From the NCBI GenBank assembly GCA_951406725.2, contig OX597823.1:8618001-8682000 (forward strand): DNA of 64,000 nt. Direction: 5' to 3'. The DNA comes from Octopus vulgaris. Its lineage: Eukaryota. The translations under genes and the position numbers were made by a program. The notes beneath the pieces were generated by a model that searched no databases, was not told the origin of the DNA, and saw only the letters and a program-made list of their open reading frames with translations. Shown in pieces: positions 26,632-41,189 of the stretch. Each line of letters starts with the position of its first letter. Position 1 is the first letter of the stretch.

Positions 26632-26708
<77 letters not shown>

Positions 26709-26841
26709 ATACTAAGCAATAAAGGGTTTAGCAACGAATTGCCTTACCACATACCGAATTTAGAAATAGCAGTCAAAGAGTTATAGCTATTTCTTCTACT
26801 AAAAAGGAGATCTCAGTAAAAAACACAGCAATTGGAATTTT

Positions 26842-26873
<32 letters not shown>

Positions 26874-26918
26874 GAGTGTGTGTGAGTGTATGCATGTGTG
26901 TAAGTGTATATATAAATA

Positions 26919-26964
<46 letters not shown>

Positions 26965-28744
26965 CATAGACGCACACACATACACACATATATTGTAACA
27001 TCACCTCTTATGTCCAGACGAAAGGCATATGTTCAGTAATTTTCAATATTCAGCAACGAAAATAACAGTACAACACTGCTGATTCTAAACTGATCCAATC
27101 TATAGAAAATTATATTAATCATATTAATTTTCACTTTGTAATGTTGCACCAAATCATGGACACAGGTGACGTACAGTCACTTCAAAGGAACGATGATTGA
27201 AATTAAAGTTACAATTCAGATTTATATAGCCTGCTGTGTTTACATACTAATAGAAGTTCTAAACAACGTATATTTTGATTGAAAACAGTACAATCTATTA
27301 TAACGGCATAGAATACTTACATAATAATATTTGCATATTAGGACAAAACATAGTAGAATACCTTTTATCATAACATTTGAATATTAGGGCATAACGTGTT
27401 TGCATACATATTATTTTAATGTTTGACTCTTCGAACGGAAAATACCTTATATATTAATATCGGCATATTGAGCTATTCTAAATTCTATATATCGCAATAT
27501 TAGAGGAGTAGGGCTTCTACAAATAGCATATTAAGACATCTCATAGCAACCTGCATATTAGGATGTTTATCTTATACACTAGTATTAGTATAGCAGGAAT
27601 AATAGCATATCTTACGTTATTAAAATAGTAACTGGAGTAGGAATAGCCCACGGCGTCACTTCTGCATCAAGAACAACTAGATTAGTGAGAGGAGAAAACA
27701 TGGTATAATGAGCCATACTTTCCATAGACCAGAATAGCTTCTTGCAACTCACTGCCTTTCGAATAAGTTTACCTTCCTTCCATTTGTTGTCCAGAATTCA
27801 GCCATTAAAACTGTTGCTTGGTCTTCTCATTAAGAATGTTTTGTGGACGCCCCCAAAACGTAGATATAGAGGGAGAAGTCAAGACGTCAAGCTAGAGTGG
27901 AGTCGAGTTCAGTAGACGGCCTCCGAACGTGCGACATAACAAACAATGAAATTCTAATTAATTAAAATTTCTTTTGGATCATTATATCATGTATATTAAC
28001 CAACCTATATACACTTACTGTGTATAGCTTAAATCACGAAATACACGGACATATGTATAACACGGTATATTATACATGTTATATGTTCTACATTCGTTAT
28101 GATTATTCATTTTTTTAGTCATCACGTATATGACCATCCCGGAGAAACCTCTTCGAATAATATATAATTATTTCCCAGCTAAAAGAAGCTAATTTTGTAA
28201 TATTGTAATATTCATATGATCAGAGAAAAATTAGGAGAAATATACGACAAATAAGTGGATAAATCTGTATCATAAGATTATGGGTATTTATAATTCAGCG
28301 AGGATAAGAACACATAATTGCTTATTGCTTGCTTGAAGGCTACACTGTTCCCAATATCCATGGCAGATTTTGTGAAGTAGAGGAGGGGTTTAACGGTTTC
28401 CTACAAAATCAGCTTTATTGATTTCTTTTGCACAAAGTTTTAATACTAGTAGCAGTAGTGATGGCAATAGTAATAGTGGATTTGAATAAGTGTAGTTGTG
28501 GTAAATGTTCAGGTATTAGTAAAAATTATTATGATAGTAATGAAAATATTATGACAGAGGCAGTGGTAAAGTTAATTTCAATGCTTGATAGGAGACGAGA
28601 GGTAAATAATAGAAATGATACTGACGATAGAGAGGATTATAACAATGTAACGAAGTTAATAATTGTAATACGTACTGTAAAAATGGTGACAGAGGTGCTG
28701 AAATGAAGATAAAAAAATACTGGCATATTATCTTTATTTTTTGC

Positions 28745-29893
28745 CTATTTGCAGGCTTACACTGATCTGTTAGGCCTGTGATCTGTCAGGCCTACACCGA
28801 TCTGTCAGGCCTATGGAAAAATCGTATAAATAAAAGAGCATAACAATAGATTAATTGAGAGGAGTTTCGGAAAATATTCACACGATCCGATTTTTTTCCC
28901 TCATAACTTTCAGGAAAATGGATATCTTTTAATGAAGGCTTATACAAAAATCCTTTCAAACGGCATAGATTACAATTATAAAGAAATTATGAGGAAAATG
29001 TTTTCGAGGGAGTGAGGAGAGGAGTTTCGGATGACGAAGACGAAATAATTTAGAACCACACTGTTTTGACGGTGATTTCCCCATTTTTTAAAAATCACAG
29101 CCTTCGAAATGATGGGTTGGGTCGAGGTGGGGGCATCTTTGTAGGAAAAAGTTTTTAATTTTTAATTTTACAACCTCACTCCCTCATTATCACATTCTGG
29201 ATATATTTTGTTCAATTTTTTGGCACTTGAAAACCATGGGAGGAGTATTTATTAGGTAAAGAAAAACATTAATATTTTCAGTGGGTTGAGTGATTTAAGG
29301 GAGATTTGGCTGTTGTTTCTAGTTCATCCCAAGAGAAACCCTCCTCGTTTCTTTATCATCCTCGCATGCCTTGATATTTTCAATATTTTCTATAAATACA
29401 CATCATTGAAAAATGATGATTTTTTCGCAATTTCTCTCCCTTCCACCGATTGTTTATGTTTACAATTTAAAATAGATGAAAGCTTGAGAAATCCATTGCT
29501 GGTATTTATCCACAGTGATTAAAAAAAGTTACGTAAGCGATAATCCATTTTAATAGCATACTTTTCTGTTAGAAAATGTTTCTTCTTACGCACACATACA
29601 ACTTCGCTTGAATGAGGTAAACATTTAGACCACAATTGTTTTTTTGTTGCTTATATTCAACAATGAACCACACATATGTTACTTCGGCATCATCATTCCA
29701 TGAAATATGTTTAATGGGAGGAAAATATTGAAAAACATAAAATATTGAAAATATCTGAACGTTCCTTGAATTATTCGCCTTTTCCTCTGAAAATATTTAC
29801 GCTTTTGTTTGACCGGAAATGTTCCTCCCATGGTTTTCAAGATTAAAAAAATTACCAAAATCGGTCCGGATTATCATTATTGTAAGGCTTACA
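28745..29893. mobile_element. Possible old non-autonomous DNA element
   Basis: Tandem gatctgt(c/t)aggcct x3 at the left end and aggcttaca at both ends. Boundaries and class are uncertain. Confidence 0.25.
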
Positions 29894-32800
29894 GCATTCC
29901 AAACAGCCATATCAATAAAGTCACTTCCGAATTGTTTTTACAAAATTTATACTGGTATATTAAAAGATTTTCATTCAATAAATAATGTTTTTATATTACG
30001 TATATAGAATAAACTGTGGATTTTGTAAATAGCGAATTAAAACTTGAAAAGAAAACATTGGAATGGAAACAGAATACTTCGCAGTGAATGCAACAAATAT
30101 TTAAATATTTAAATATTTAAATTTAAGGGTCACTTTCCAGGTGGTACAGACGTATTAAGTATCGTCGAAGATATTCAGCACCCAAATGCCAATCTCAAAA
30201 ATCTATTTTTCCTAATTCGTCCACCTCACTTTCATCGTTAATAATAAAATCCCTTAACATTGTTCAAATAAACACTTTAGAACAAAGCCGTAAGACGAAT
30301 TCAATGTATTATTTAGCTACAATAAAGTGCTATGCGCCATATTCTCTCTATCAATTCTCTCAAACTAACTCATAAATTTCCTCTCAATCAACTATGACAG
30401 GGGACAATATTCTTAGACGTTTCGTTTTAGTTTCATTGTAGTTAATTACATTTTGATCATTTTCAGATAGAACTTATTTATACAAACTATATTTATACAA
30501 CTGCGCGAGATAAATTTATCTAATGGAGAGAGTAGGTGTTATGTGATTTAGATTTATAAGCAAATTGAATATATACAGACGTTATGCATTAAGACACCTT
30601 TCGCAGACAGATGTAGGCGTTAGTGATTTCCAGAGTCTATTTGCCTTGTTTTCTCAGTGTTTCATTTAGGTATATATAACTAGACTCATGTGCATGCAAT
30701 TTATCCTTCGCAACTCAGCATTTTCATCCAATTTTCTTTATAATATACGCGTTTAAAGTAACACTTAAAGAGAAAATATAGTATATTTGTTACTAGGTGT
30801 GATACTAACAAATATGGAAGCACTTCTATTTAATGACATGACAATGAGAATGAGGTGGATAAATTAGGAAAAATAAAACAATGATAACAGATAAAATAAT
30901 AAATGTGTTGAAATAAAAAGCGGATTCAATATGGATGAGTATGATGGAAAACAATCAATAATTTCAGATATAAAGTAATAATGATGACAAATTTCGTATT
31001 CAAAAATCATATATGCAAATGATATTCCACATATATTGATTTATTATAATTTTCTTTTTAATGGGTTAGGTGTGGGACTACGGATGTGTACTGGTACTGT
31101 CGTCAAAAATTTAATTGATCATATCGAACATGTTTCTTAATTCTGTACCTCTTACCATATCGATCTATTGGTCGAATTACCAAGGTATGAATCATAACAA
31201 TAAGCAATACTGTTTTCTAGGTCTGTGATGATTTTTCTTGAAATTTATGTACCTAAGTCATATAGGTAGTTTTTTTAATCAGAATATTATCGATGCTATT
31301 TAGTATTCCACTGCACTTTCTCCGAGAAAAGTAAAATATGAAAAACGTGAATATCGAAAAAATGAAAACCAAATATTCATTCATTCGTTGTCCCTCAGGT
31401 ACGGTCTACAATTCCTGTTTATATTAATAAAACCAGAATATCAATTAAATGTACTGGGGAAATGAAAAAGTAAATATTTTTTCTAGATACGAATAATTGT
31501 TGCTGAAGACGATTCACGGCATATATTGAACCATATGTAAACTTGAGAGAGATTTTTGGGTGAAATGCATAAGATACATGTGGAATTGGTTAACAATTAT
31601 TTGAGCCCTGAATATTAAAAAATATCTATGTTAGAAACGCGTATATAAAGCGTGAAATCGCTTATTATGTTATATACACTAAATAATATGTACTGAATAT
31701 GAAAAACAATAAAACTGAAAATTATTTACAGACTTTCGAATCGAAAAAAGTTGCTAATTTTTAGAAATATGAAAATTTGAAGAATATGAAAAAATCGAAC
31801 TTAATATTCTTCCTGACAATTTTTAATATTGCAATAGCTACCACTTCCCATGACAGTTACTATCCACATTATAAGAATAATACTACAACTGCTGTCAACA
31901 GCAGCAATAATATAAAATTATATGAAGTTAACTTCCATAGAAATGCTAAAAAAATTATGCGATAATCTTTTAGGAAAAAGTAAGAAAAACGAAGAAACAA
32001 TGCAAAAATAAATAAACACTCTATCTAGACTATTTATAAAATCATTGGACATTACACGACAGCTCTGAAGGAAAAGTACAAATAATAATATAAATAGAAA
32101 AAATAAAATAAAGAAATAAAATAATATATGAGTCTCTTTGAAATTTGTTTCTGTAATTCCTCCTGTTATATGAATCGAAGTTTATGGTATTATTAATAAA
32201 AATTTGATTTTGTCACGTTTGCAAAATCTTTTAAGCGTTTTAATCGTGTCTGGTGAAAGCAAAGAAATAATGCCAAAAAGAAAGTAATATGAAAATATAA
32301 GAATATTTAAATGTCTCAAGACAACTTGTGAGGGAGGTTTCTCATAACAAATAATACTAAATATTACTGTTTTTTTCTGTCTTGAGGAATTTATCATGAA
32401 ATCTTGTGAAATGCATTTATTAGTTATTTATTATTTTTTATCATTATAATATGGTAAAAGAAAATAGTTTTCAGAATCGACAAATGTTTGCCGATTTTAA
32501 CCAAAGAATTCTTCACTGAGAGATTATATAAAATAGGGAATAACATATTCTTATGGGAAAATTCTTCGTTCTTTGACAAATGGATTTTGAATTCCTTTAT
32601 AAAAAGAAAACCAAATATAAGAAATAAGCATAGATGTGCTCACATTCCTATGGCATCAAGCTGTGGAATTTGTTTACAAAAAATACAGGAAACCCAAAAG
32701 GAAAATGGTAAAACAAACCAAATCTAGGAATTGTGTTTTTCTATGAAAAATGTGTTTTTTTTATATTTGTCATCCGATAGATTATCTGCTATGGAATTTC

Positions 32801-33995
32801 AAATCGATTTTGATATATATTTGCTTACCGTTAAAGTTCGTGTGTATTTACAAATGGCTTTCTGTTGAAATGTATGTGCGGATACATGCATGCATAAATT
32901 AGGGTGCAGAACATTCTCATATACGGTTGTAGAGTTTGCAAGTATACTCAACTACATATAGAGAAGAATTAGAATGTTGCTGGTTGTTTCTGTCAAGACT
33001 TCCAACTAATCCGTATCCAAAATGGTTTGTTACTATCCCAGCTGATACAGTACAATTTAATAAAAATAAGAAACCTCTGTTCTCTCTACATTATGTCAGC
33101 AGTGGTAATAATCAGTATAAAGTTTGTACTGTACAGTGAAAAAATAACAATCATCTGAGATCAAAGGACTAAAAACGTGAAGAAAATTATACAAATGAAA
33201 ACTGAAAGATACAGAATGATTATAAAATCGACAGACATTACCAACTCACTCCTGTGTTAAAAAGCATCTAAAGTAAAAAATATTAAAAAAAACTTTGAAT
33301 ATCACGGAGAAATTTCTATGAGTGTAAAACGAAAGAAATGTAATGTATCGTAACAAGTTCACTATTGCAGCTATTCTCATATTTGTAATGGGCTTTAAAC
33401 TTAAATTCTTAGTATAAATATCTTTAATGCAATAAGTCGTCTTTATGAGGCAGCTAAGCCTATATTATCCCGTCAATAATGACTGATAACGAACATGAAT
33501 TGTAGGAAAGCACCATGGCACACATTTACCAGTAGAAAGTAGCTAGTACTTATATTTTACTCCATTGATCATAGAGGCAATAATAGGAATAACTGGTGGA
33601 TTACATTTATTTGGTTAGTGAAATGATTTAACTGTTAATTAAGTTCTCCTTGATTATATGGTTAGTAAAGATGGAGATTTTAGGACGAATTAGGGAAGTG
33701 ACTGATGCATAATATAAGGGTAACAAGAGGATAAGCGCGTAAATTTAGAAGTGATAAGCACGTTCAAGAAAGTGGCCACTGTATTAATAAGCGGACAAAG
33801 AGATAATGTCTCAGTGAAATGTTAGGTAAATGAAAGAACATTAGTCCTTTCACCAGACGGATGCTTATACTTTTGGATACAGTTCAATATGTACGAGTGA
33901 CTAGATACCACTGTTGAAGAAGGATATATTCGTATGGCAGGCAAATTTTTGGTGTGCATAAGGCTTTCCTGGAGGTAAGGTTTACTCTCTCTCCC

Positions 33996-34187
33996 TCTCT
34001 TTTACTCTTTTACACTTTTACTTGTTTCAGTCATTTGACTGCGGCCATGCTGGAGCACCGCCTTTAGTCGAGCAAATCGACCCCGGGACTTATTCTTTGT
34101 AAGCCCAGTACTTATTCTATCGGTCTCTTTTGCCGAACCGCTAAGTGACGGGGAACCGCTAAGTGACGGGGAACCGCTAAGTGACGG

Positions 34188-34189
<2 letters not shown>
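33996..34189 (-). mobile_element. SINE family A 3' half with an 18-bp triplication at the truncation point
   Basis: aaccgctaagtgacgggg x3 at 34136-34189. Confidence 0.88.
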
Positions 34190-34212
<23 letters not shown>

Positions 34213-34238
<26 letters not shown>

Positions 34239-35020
34239 CTAACCTGAATTAATTCAAACAGAAATGTCATTTATTGCTTTTTGACGTTATAAATGAGCAA
34301 GTATTATATGAATTAGAATCAGTTTCAAGAATATTGAGCAGGAATATGTCTGACATTTTTCTGCTCTATAGATTCGTATATGTCAACGAATAAGGAATCG
34401 AACATCGATCTACTTCATTTAATAAATGAATAAACAAATGAGTGGATGCAAGAATACTAGGTAATTGAAAGAATCTAAATCATTTGGACGAAACCAAATT
34501 GGTTACTTTTGTATACTCAGTTTTAAAAGTAGAAAGATGGCTTTGCACAATTTTTTCGGAATACATTTGGTTCCTTTAAACACACACGCACACACGCACG
34601 CGCGCACACACACACACACACACGCACACACACACGCACGCACACAAACACACACACACACATGATTAAAGGGAACCAATTTTGTACGAAGAATTTGTGC
34701 AAAGCCATCTTTTCTATTTCTAAAATTGAATATATAAGACTAACCGATTTGGTTTTGTCCAAATCATTTAGTTATTTTTAATTATATAATATTCTTTTTC
34801 ATCCACTCTACTTATTTGTTTATTCATTTATTAAATGAACTGGATCGACGTTCGATTCCTTATTCGCTGACATATACGAATCTACAGAGCAGAAACATGT
34901 CAGACATATTCCTGTTCAATGTTCTTGAAATTGATTCTAATTCATATTATTCTTGCTCATTTACAGCGTTACAAAGCAATAAATGCCATTTCTGTTTGAA
35001 TTACTTCAGGTGAGTTTAAT
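34213..35020. repeat. Long inverted repeat (foldback): ~365-bp arms around a (CA)n spacer
   Basis: 34213-34579 is the diverged reverse complement of 34666-35020, e.g. gatggctttgcacaa / ttgtgcaaagccatc. Confidence 0.93.
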
Positions 35021-36681
35021 TTTGTCTATCTTGCTTCATCAATGATAATCATATTACTTTATTGTTACTTATATCTATTCTACATGGCTATAATGTTTCG
35101 TATAATCAAATAGAAGGGTGGTTTTGTTTATCCCCATATCAGCCCTGGCGGAGCAGTCTTTCAACGCTCAAATCGTGATAATAGTCTCTGTTTATGATTT
35201 TCTATTTCCAGAACTACATCAGCTTCGATAAACACTTTTTAATGTTAGGTAGTGGCTTGAGTTAGATTTTGATGCTATTTATGACTTGTACAATATTGTA
35301 AGCTTTCGTTTTTGCAACCAGTCTTCAAAACTCAAGTTCATTTTGAGTAAAGGGTACTTCTCGTATATTTGTGCCTGGGAAAACATAGCATCCTATTTTT
35401 CTATTAGTGTTTGCAGAACAGATTATCATTAAATCAGTGATTACCGGAAGTACAAATGTAATGACTTTATCAACTCAGCAAGTGTATGTGCTCGTGACTC
35501 TACCTGAATATGTGACTGTGCCTGTGTATGATTGTATGTTGGTGTGTGCATATTTGTGTAAATAATGACTTGCATTGTAAAGTACATAACATAATATATG
35601 GAACTGTGCAGGGGTTTTCACCAATGAAAGGGGCTTCGAAAACTGAGTAGAATCGTTCGTATAGATGAAGTGTATGAAACCATTATTGTGATGTTTGGAG
35701 GGTTGTCATCTCCTCTATTGGGCTATGCAGATATAATTAGTAACAGGTTTGTAGAAAGACGAGTATGGGAATTATATGCGCAATAATGAAAAAGCATTGC
35801 ATTAAATTGATGTTTCAGAGGTTATTTAATCAAAAATGTTGGCAGGCGCCAGAGAAAATCATTACTTCACATTCAGAGACATCTGTGCCAGTAAGTTCTC
35901 AATCCATCATAAAATAATTTATTGTACTTCAAATTCAAACTTACCTTTTTGTCGATATTTCAAAATCCAGAGAACTCATGTCTGTGGAACTAGTATTTAT
36001 TTTAGCATTTGTTAAAAACGTAGGCACGCCATTTTAAAGTTAAATGTTTATAAATTTTACACTTTACGCCATATTTTCAATAAACCGTTGTCATCTGTTG
36101 ATGCAGTACACAACTCCAACTATCAATTAGAAAGATTGATATCATAAGCGTGCTATGTTGCGTCTAATCTGAGAATTGTAAACGTTTCGTGACAGCGGGC
36201 TCAAACTGCAGGAACTTATAAATCTTCCAATTTCCAATGCAATATTTTTACAACTGTATTTAAACGTCTTTATGTTTTGGACTGTTGTCAATATTATGGT
36301 TAAGCAACTAAAACTTAGCCGGAGAAGGCACTTGGATGTAACTTTTGACAATCATTGATTTGTTAGTCCTATTCTTACTTTGTATTATTTCCAAAATATT
36401 ATTCCCATTTCATTTCTGATTAGCCTCCTACAGAATGGTAAGTAGTTTATGAAATTGCCATTTGCTACAAGGCCAGAAATTTTGATTAATCTATGGGCGG
36501 TGTTTAAAAGCTTTCATAACGGGAGAGTGAGACTTTAAGATTGTGTATGTATGTATGTATGTATGTATGTACGTATGTATGTATGTATGTGCTTGTGTAT
36601 TAATCTACATACATATACACATATACAAATATATGTATGTATATAAATGTATATATATATATATATATGTATACTCACACA

Positions 36682-36757
<76 letters not shown>

Positions 36758-36993
36758 CAGTACTGGCCAAAAGTCACACGGTAGTAAATCAAAATTCCAT
36801 AAATACTTAATATTCAATTTAATTTATTCATTCCAATTATTAATGTTTAATAATTGAATGCTGTGAATTAAAAATCGACGTTTCTTTTCAACATTTGTCT
36901 ATTTATTAGCAAAGTCTAAAAAATAATATTGTGTTTTAATCTTGGAATTAAATGATTTTTGATTTACTGTCATGTGATTTTTGGCCAACCCTG
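36758..36993. mobile_element. Tc1/mariner-type MITE
   Basis: TA|cagtactggccaaaagtcacacggtagtaaatcaaaa ... ttttgatttactgtcatgtgatttttggccaaccctg|TA. Confidence 0.8.
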
Positions 36994-39717
36994 TACGTAT
37001 TACTACATATGAATAAAGTTGAATTTGACATGCTACCAAATATATTTTACGTGACTTTCGACATAGGACAAGAAATCAGGAGTCATGGTGTCATAAAGTA
37101 AACAAAGGCAGTTAAAGATTAAATGAATATTATAGCTAATTATTATTGTTGGTAATTGCATCAACCAAATACTTCTTTCAAACTCATAAACTATAGAAGT
37201 CTTACACATTTACCATTCAGCTGTCATAGAATGATGGATAGTGAGAATATTTACAAGCAGCCACGTTTTATATAGTCTTTTCGTCGGTGACCTGCGTTAG
37301 CATTTGATTACTGTAGATAGGAGGCTTATTCACTTTGAAATTAACTTGCCACGTGTACTATCTAATTATTTTCCATTAACGTCCAGACATTGAAGAATTA
37401 ACTTTCGATTCTCTTTTACAGGTCTTCAAAAGTAAGAAAACTTATTAAAATTAAAATATTCAGCAGTTAATAGGAAATAAGGATTATACGTAAACCTATC
37501 TCCTGAAATATTTCCTTAATGATAACCAAAACGGATTAAATTGCGGTCATATAGTGAACAAATTACTGAAAATAACTGAAAATAAATGCACTGTCCGTAA
37601 ATTATGAAGGTGATTAAACAGACAACAAGATGTGCTCGAGTAATTTCTGAAGTGTGGATTAATTAATGTTTATCCTGGTGAAATGTCGATCAAAGTTTAG
37701 AATTCATGAAGATCAAACGGTGATTAGATAGTGATTAATAGAGATTAGAGATTTAACTGTCATCAAATATTGAATGAAGACTGGTAAAATGGATGATTAA
37801 ACATTTATCATATGCAAATAAATTATCAAACGATAAAACAGCATGGTCAAAGTGTGATAAAATTATATGCAAACAAACAATCCCGCATGTAACTACACTG
37901 CGTAGGGAAAAAAAGAGGAAAAGAAATATAAAACAGTTGAAAAATGTTGAATAGAAAAACTGGTAACTGCGAAGAATAAAGTAAACAGCTATGTTAAATC
38001 GTTGTATTTTATTTTGTAGCTTTTTAAAACACTGTTATTCTGAAGTAGGGTATCTTTTTATAGTTTCAAGTGAATAGAAATTGTTATTTGCAAAGAAATG
38101 TAACAATTTCGATCGATTCTGGAGGAAAAATGTATAGAATATTCATTGAAACACTCTCAGAAAACGGCAGATGCTATTAATCCTGTGTTATATGTTGTAT
38201 TCCATCTCTTGGCAGAATTCTGCAACTAATCCTATTTCACGCTTTGGATCCACTGAAAAGGAGAAAAAGAAAGCCACATTTCTCTGAATATATTAAGACA
38301 ATATAATGGCAGCTTTAGAATTACACCAATAGTATAGTTAAACATTAATTCTTGAATAATATTTAAAATATTGTTGAACTTTCAATTCAATATTTTACGT
38401 AAAAGCTCTTCATGACACTAAATGAGATCAATACTTATTATTGATCTACTGAGGTGCCTTTCCTTTCGAAATAATTCCTCTAAATGCTGTTTTTGACTCA
38501 CATACACGTTTGTGGATTTAAACGTGTTATAAGTATTATTGTGCATAAGACTTTTTCTCGTGTCAACGTAATGAAGTAATATTTTCCTGCTTTCAGGGAA
38601 TAATCTATTTACTAACCGTGTATTACGTATACAACTAACGTTAACTGACATATCTGAGATGATTGTGTACAATATAGAGATGTAGTGACTTAAAAATGAA
38701 GTCACAGTGTTTTAGGCATATCTGATAGAGACGAATTATTTACCTAACCTACTGTTGTGTTAGAATTCAAACTTAATGACAATGCTATGATAAAATCATC
38801 GCTAACTATTTCTGTTTTTGAAAATTGAATAATTCTTTGAGAAATAGTATTTATCTATTATAGAGTATTGTATTTATTCAGCTTTGATTTAAACAGTATG
38901 GTGATTTCGAATGACTTTTTAACATTTCCAGCTGGGATAAGCCGGAAGAGAATTTGGAAGTGATCTTGGTGAGAATCTGATATTATATATTTAATAGCTG
39001 ATATGCACTTGTGCTGTAACAACTCATTCGCCCTAGGTAGTGACAGATAATGATGCCAAATTAGAAATCAATTTATATGTCTGCGTAATCTAATTGCCAG
39101 GACAATGAATTTGGACAGGAAAATCAGCTACAGTTTGTAGGTGACTTTACTTTCACGTGTCCCTTCTGTACGTTAGTTAGATGGAAATGAAATTACCGTG
39201 AAATAGCTTGGCTCAATCAATTATTCAGAATGTAGCTTTAAGCTCTTACCTCGATTCTGATTAAGAATTTGTGCACTAGATCTAGTCTCCTGCGATGACA
39301 GCTTTCTTCTCGACAGGTGGCAGGTTTCCACGCCTGAGAAAGTTGGATTTCTCTGGCGTGAAGAGCCTCTAGTATGAAGAAGAAAAATAAAACAATTCAT
39401 TATCCCGACGTTGTCAACATAATAGAATTATTGATATCGGTTATACACAATAATACCAAATTAACCAGGTTTTGAAAATAAACTTAAAATGAGTGAGATA
39501 ACTATTATAAAAATTCAGATGTATTTAATTTCACACTAAAAAAATATGAAGGTATTAATATGTTTATTTGTAAAAAATATAAATTCCCAATGGATGTGCC
39601 ACTTGTAAGCTATAGTTACCAGTAACATTCTAAATTATACATCTACTAGTAAAAATGTAAATTTCTTATGGCTGTTGTGCACATAAATTATATTTACCAA
39701 TAGAATAGTAAACAATG

Positions 39718-39861
39718 TAATTTTGCCAGCTGAGTGGAGTGGAGCAACGTGAAATGAAGTGTTTTGCTCAAGAACACAACGCGTCGCCCGGTCCAGGAAT
39801 CGAAAGCATAATCTTACGATCATGATGCTGACGCCCTAGCCACTAAGCCATGCGCCTCCAC
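39718..39861 (-). mobile_element. tRNA-derived SINE family D, 5' part (duplicate at 41658-41801)
   Basis: gtggaggcgcatggcttagtggctaggg..ttcgattcc..gtgttcttgagcaaaacactt..tccactcagctgg. Confidence 0.75.
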
Positions 39862-40024
39862 AAGTTCTGCATTAATTGATCATGAATCTTCTCTTTTTCC
39901 CGGACATTTGATTGCACATTCACATCTGTTGGGCAGCTGACATATACAACAGTACATCAATTTTGTATGTATGTATGTATGTATGTATGTATGTATGTAT
40001 GTTTGTATGTATTACGTATGTATG

Positions 40025-41018
40025 TCATTATTCAGTTTATTTCAAGATTTGTTGCCAATAGAGAAAGAAGCGGTTTCTAACCTAGATACAAGTCTTCTTC
40101 ATTAGATTTTCAACATCAACAACAGGGTATTTTTGTATGTATGTATGTATGCATGTGCAAATTTGTATGTTTTATGTATGTATTCTCCTGCAAATAGTTG
40201 CATATCTACATATGCTCATATATACTATACTTCTGGAAAGTTTTAGAGATTTTTACAGTTCCAGTGATGGATTGGATCTGTCGTCTTCGAGAAGCCTAAT
40301 TTATCAAGACTAGTATTTAGGCAGTGTGTTACAATAATTACAGGTATAAGCCTGAACATATAATCTGGATAGAGTAACGGCAGATTTCTCAGTAGTTCAG
40401 CATAGGTGTTCTATTTTTTACTGATCTTCAGCTTTATGTTAACATCCGCTGGGCAGATAATTTCCACAGCTGTGCATAGTTCCTCTTCTCTATCCCAAAT
40501 CATTGTATCGGGTCTGTTGTGCTTACATTTTATTGATGTCTTCACTGGTATTCCTTTATATAATAAGTAGCTATGGCTTCTACCATATTGTGGATTCGTA
40601 TTTCTTTGTCCTCGGGATTATCCATCCGACGGATTTCATTATAGAGGGTCCTAGCTACATCATGTCTCATCGATGACATTTACGGACAACTGCTTATGAT
40701 GTCGGTGATATCTTCAGTATGAACTCCAGAAAGTCTGCATCGTTTGTCAGATTTTACGGCTTTTCATGCATCTCAATCCCTTTTGTGCATCAGGTGCTAC
40801 GTTGATATTTCCTGTTCCTGGATTGCAAATGCGTACACTTCAAAGTGGGAAGTAGTAATCCGGTTATTGGTCCATGATAAACTGCTTTGACGGTCGATGT
40901 TACTATTATGACGGTGCTTTCTACTGACATAACCATGCATAGTCTTTTGCTCATATAGGCGCATCTTTTCATCTTATTAAACTTTGCGGTAGCGTCGTGC
41001 AAATTCTTTGGGCATGTT

Positions 41019-41021
<3 letters not shown>
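40025..41021 (-). mobile_element. R4/Dong-like LINE 3' fragment (zinc knuckle and restriction-like endonuclease)
   Basis: EVYAFAIQEQEIST, KRCRL..EDITDIISSC, RHD, HNRPDTMIWD..VEIICPAD. Ends in (TACA)n tracts. Confidence 0.8.
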
Positions 41022-41065
<44 letters not shown>

Positions 41066-41067
<2 letters not shown>

Positions 41068-41189
41068 TTTGTAGAAGAGCCTAGGCTCGAAACATAAAAG
41101 CCTTTATCTATTCCTGAGCGTTATACTAATACATCTGTTTGTTTTGTACACCACCTGTCTTCGTCGTTTGTTTTTCTTTCGTAAACTCT

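Noticed and set aside
25930-26632. Possible DNA transposon relic
   Set aside because: Only a vague terminal motif (tttgaaatcagcacc) is present, with no convincing transposase motif or TIR pair.
28745-28815. CRISPR-like short repeats
   Set aside because: These are adjacent tandem units without unique spacers, in a eukaryotic context.
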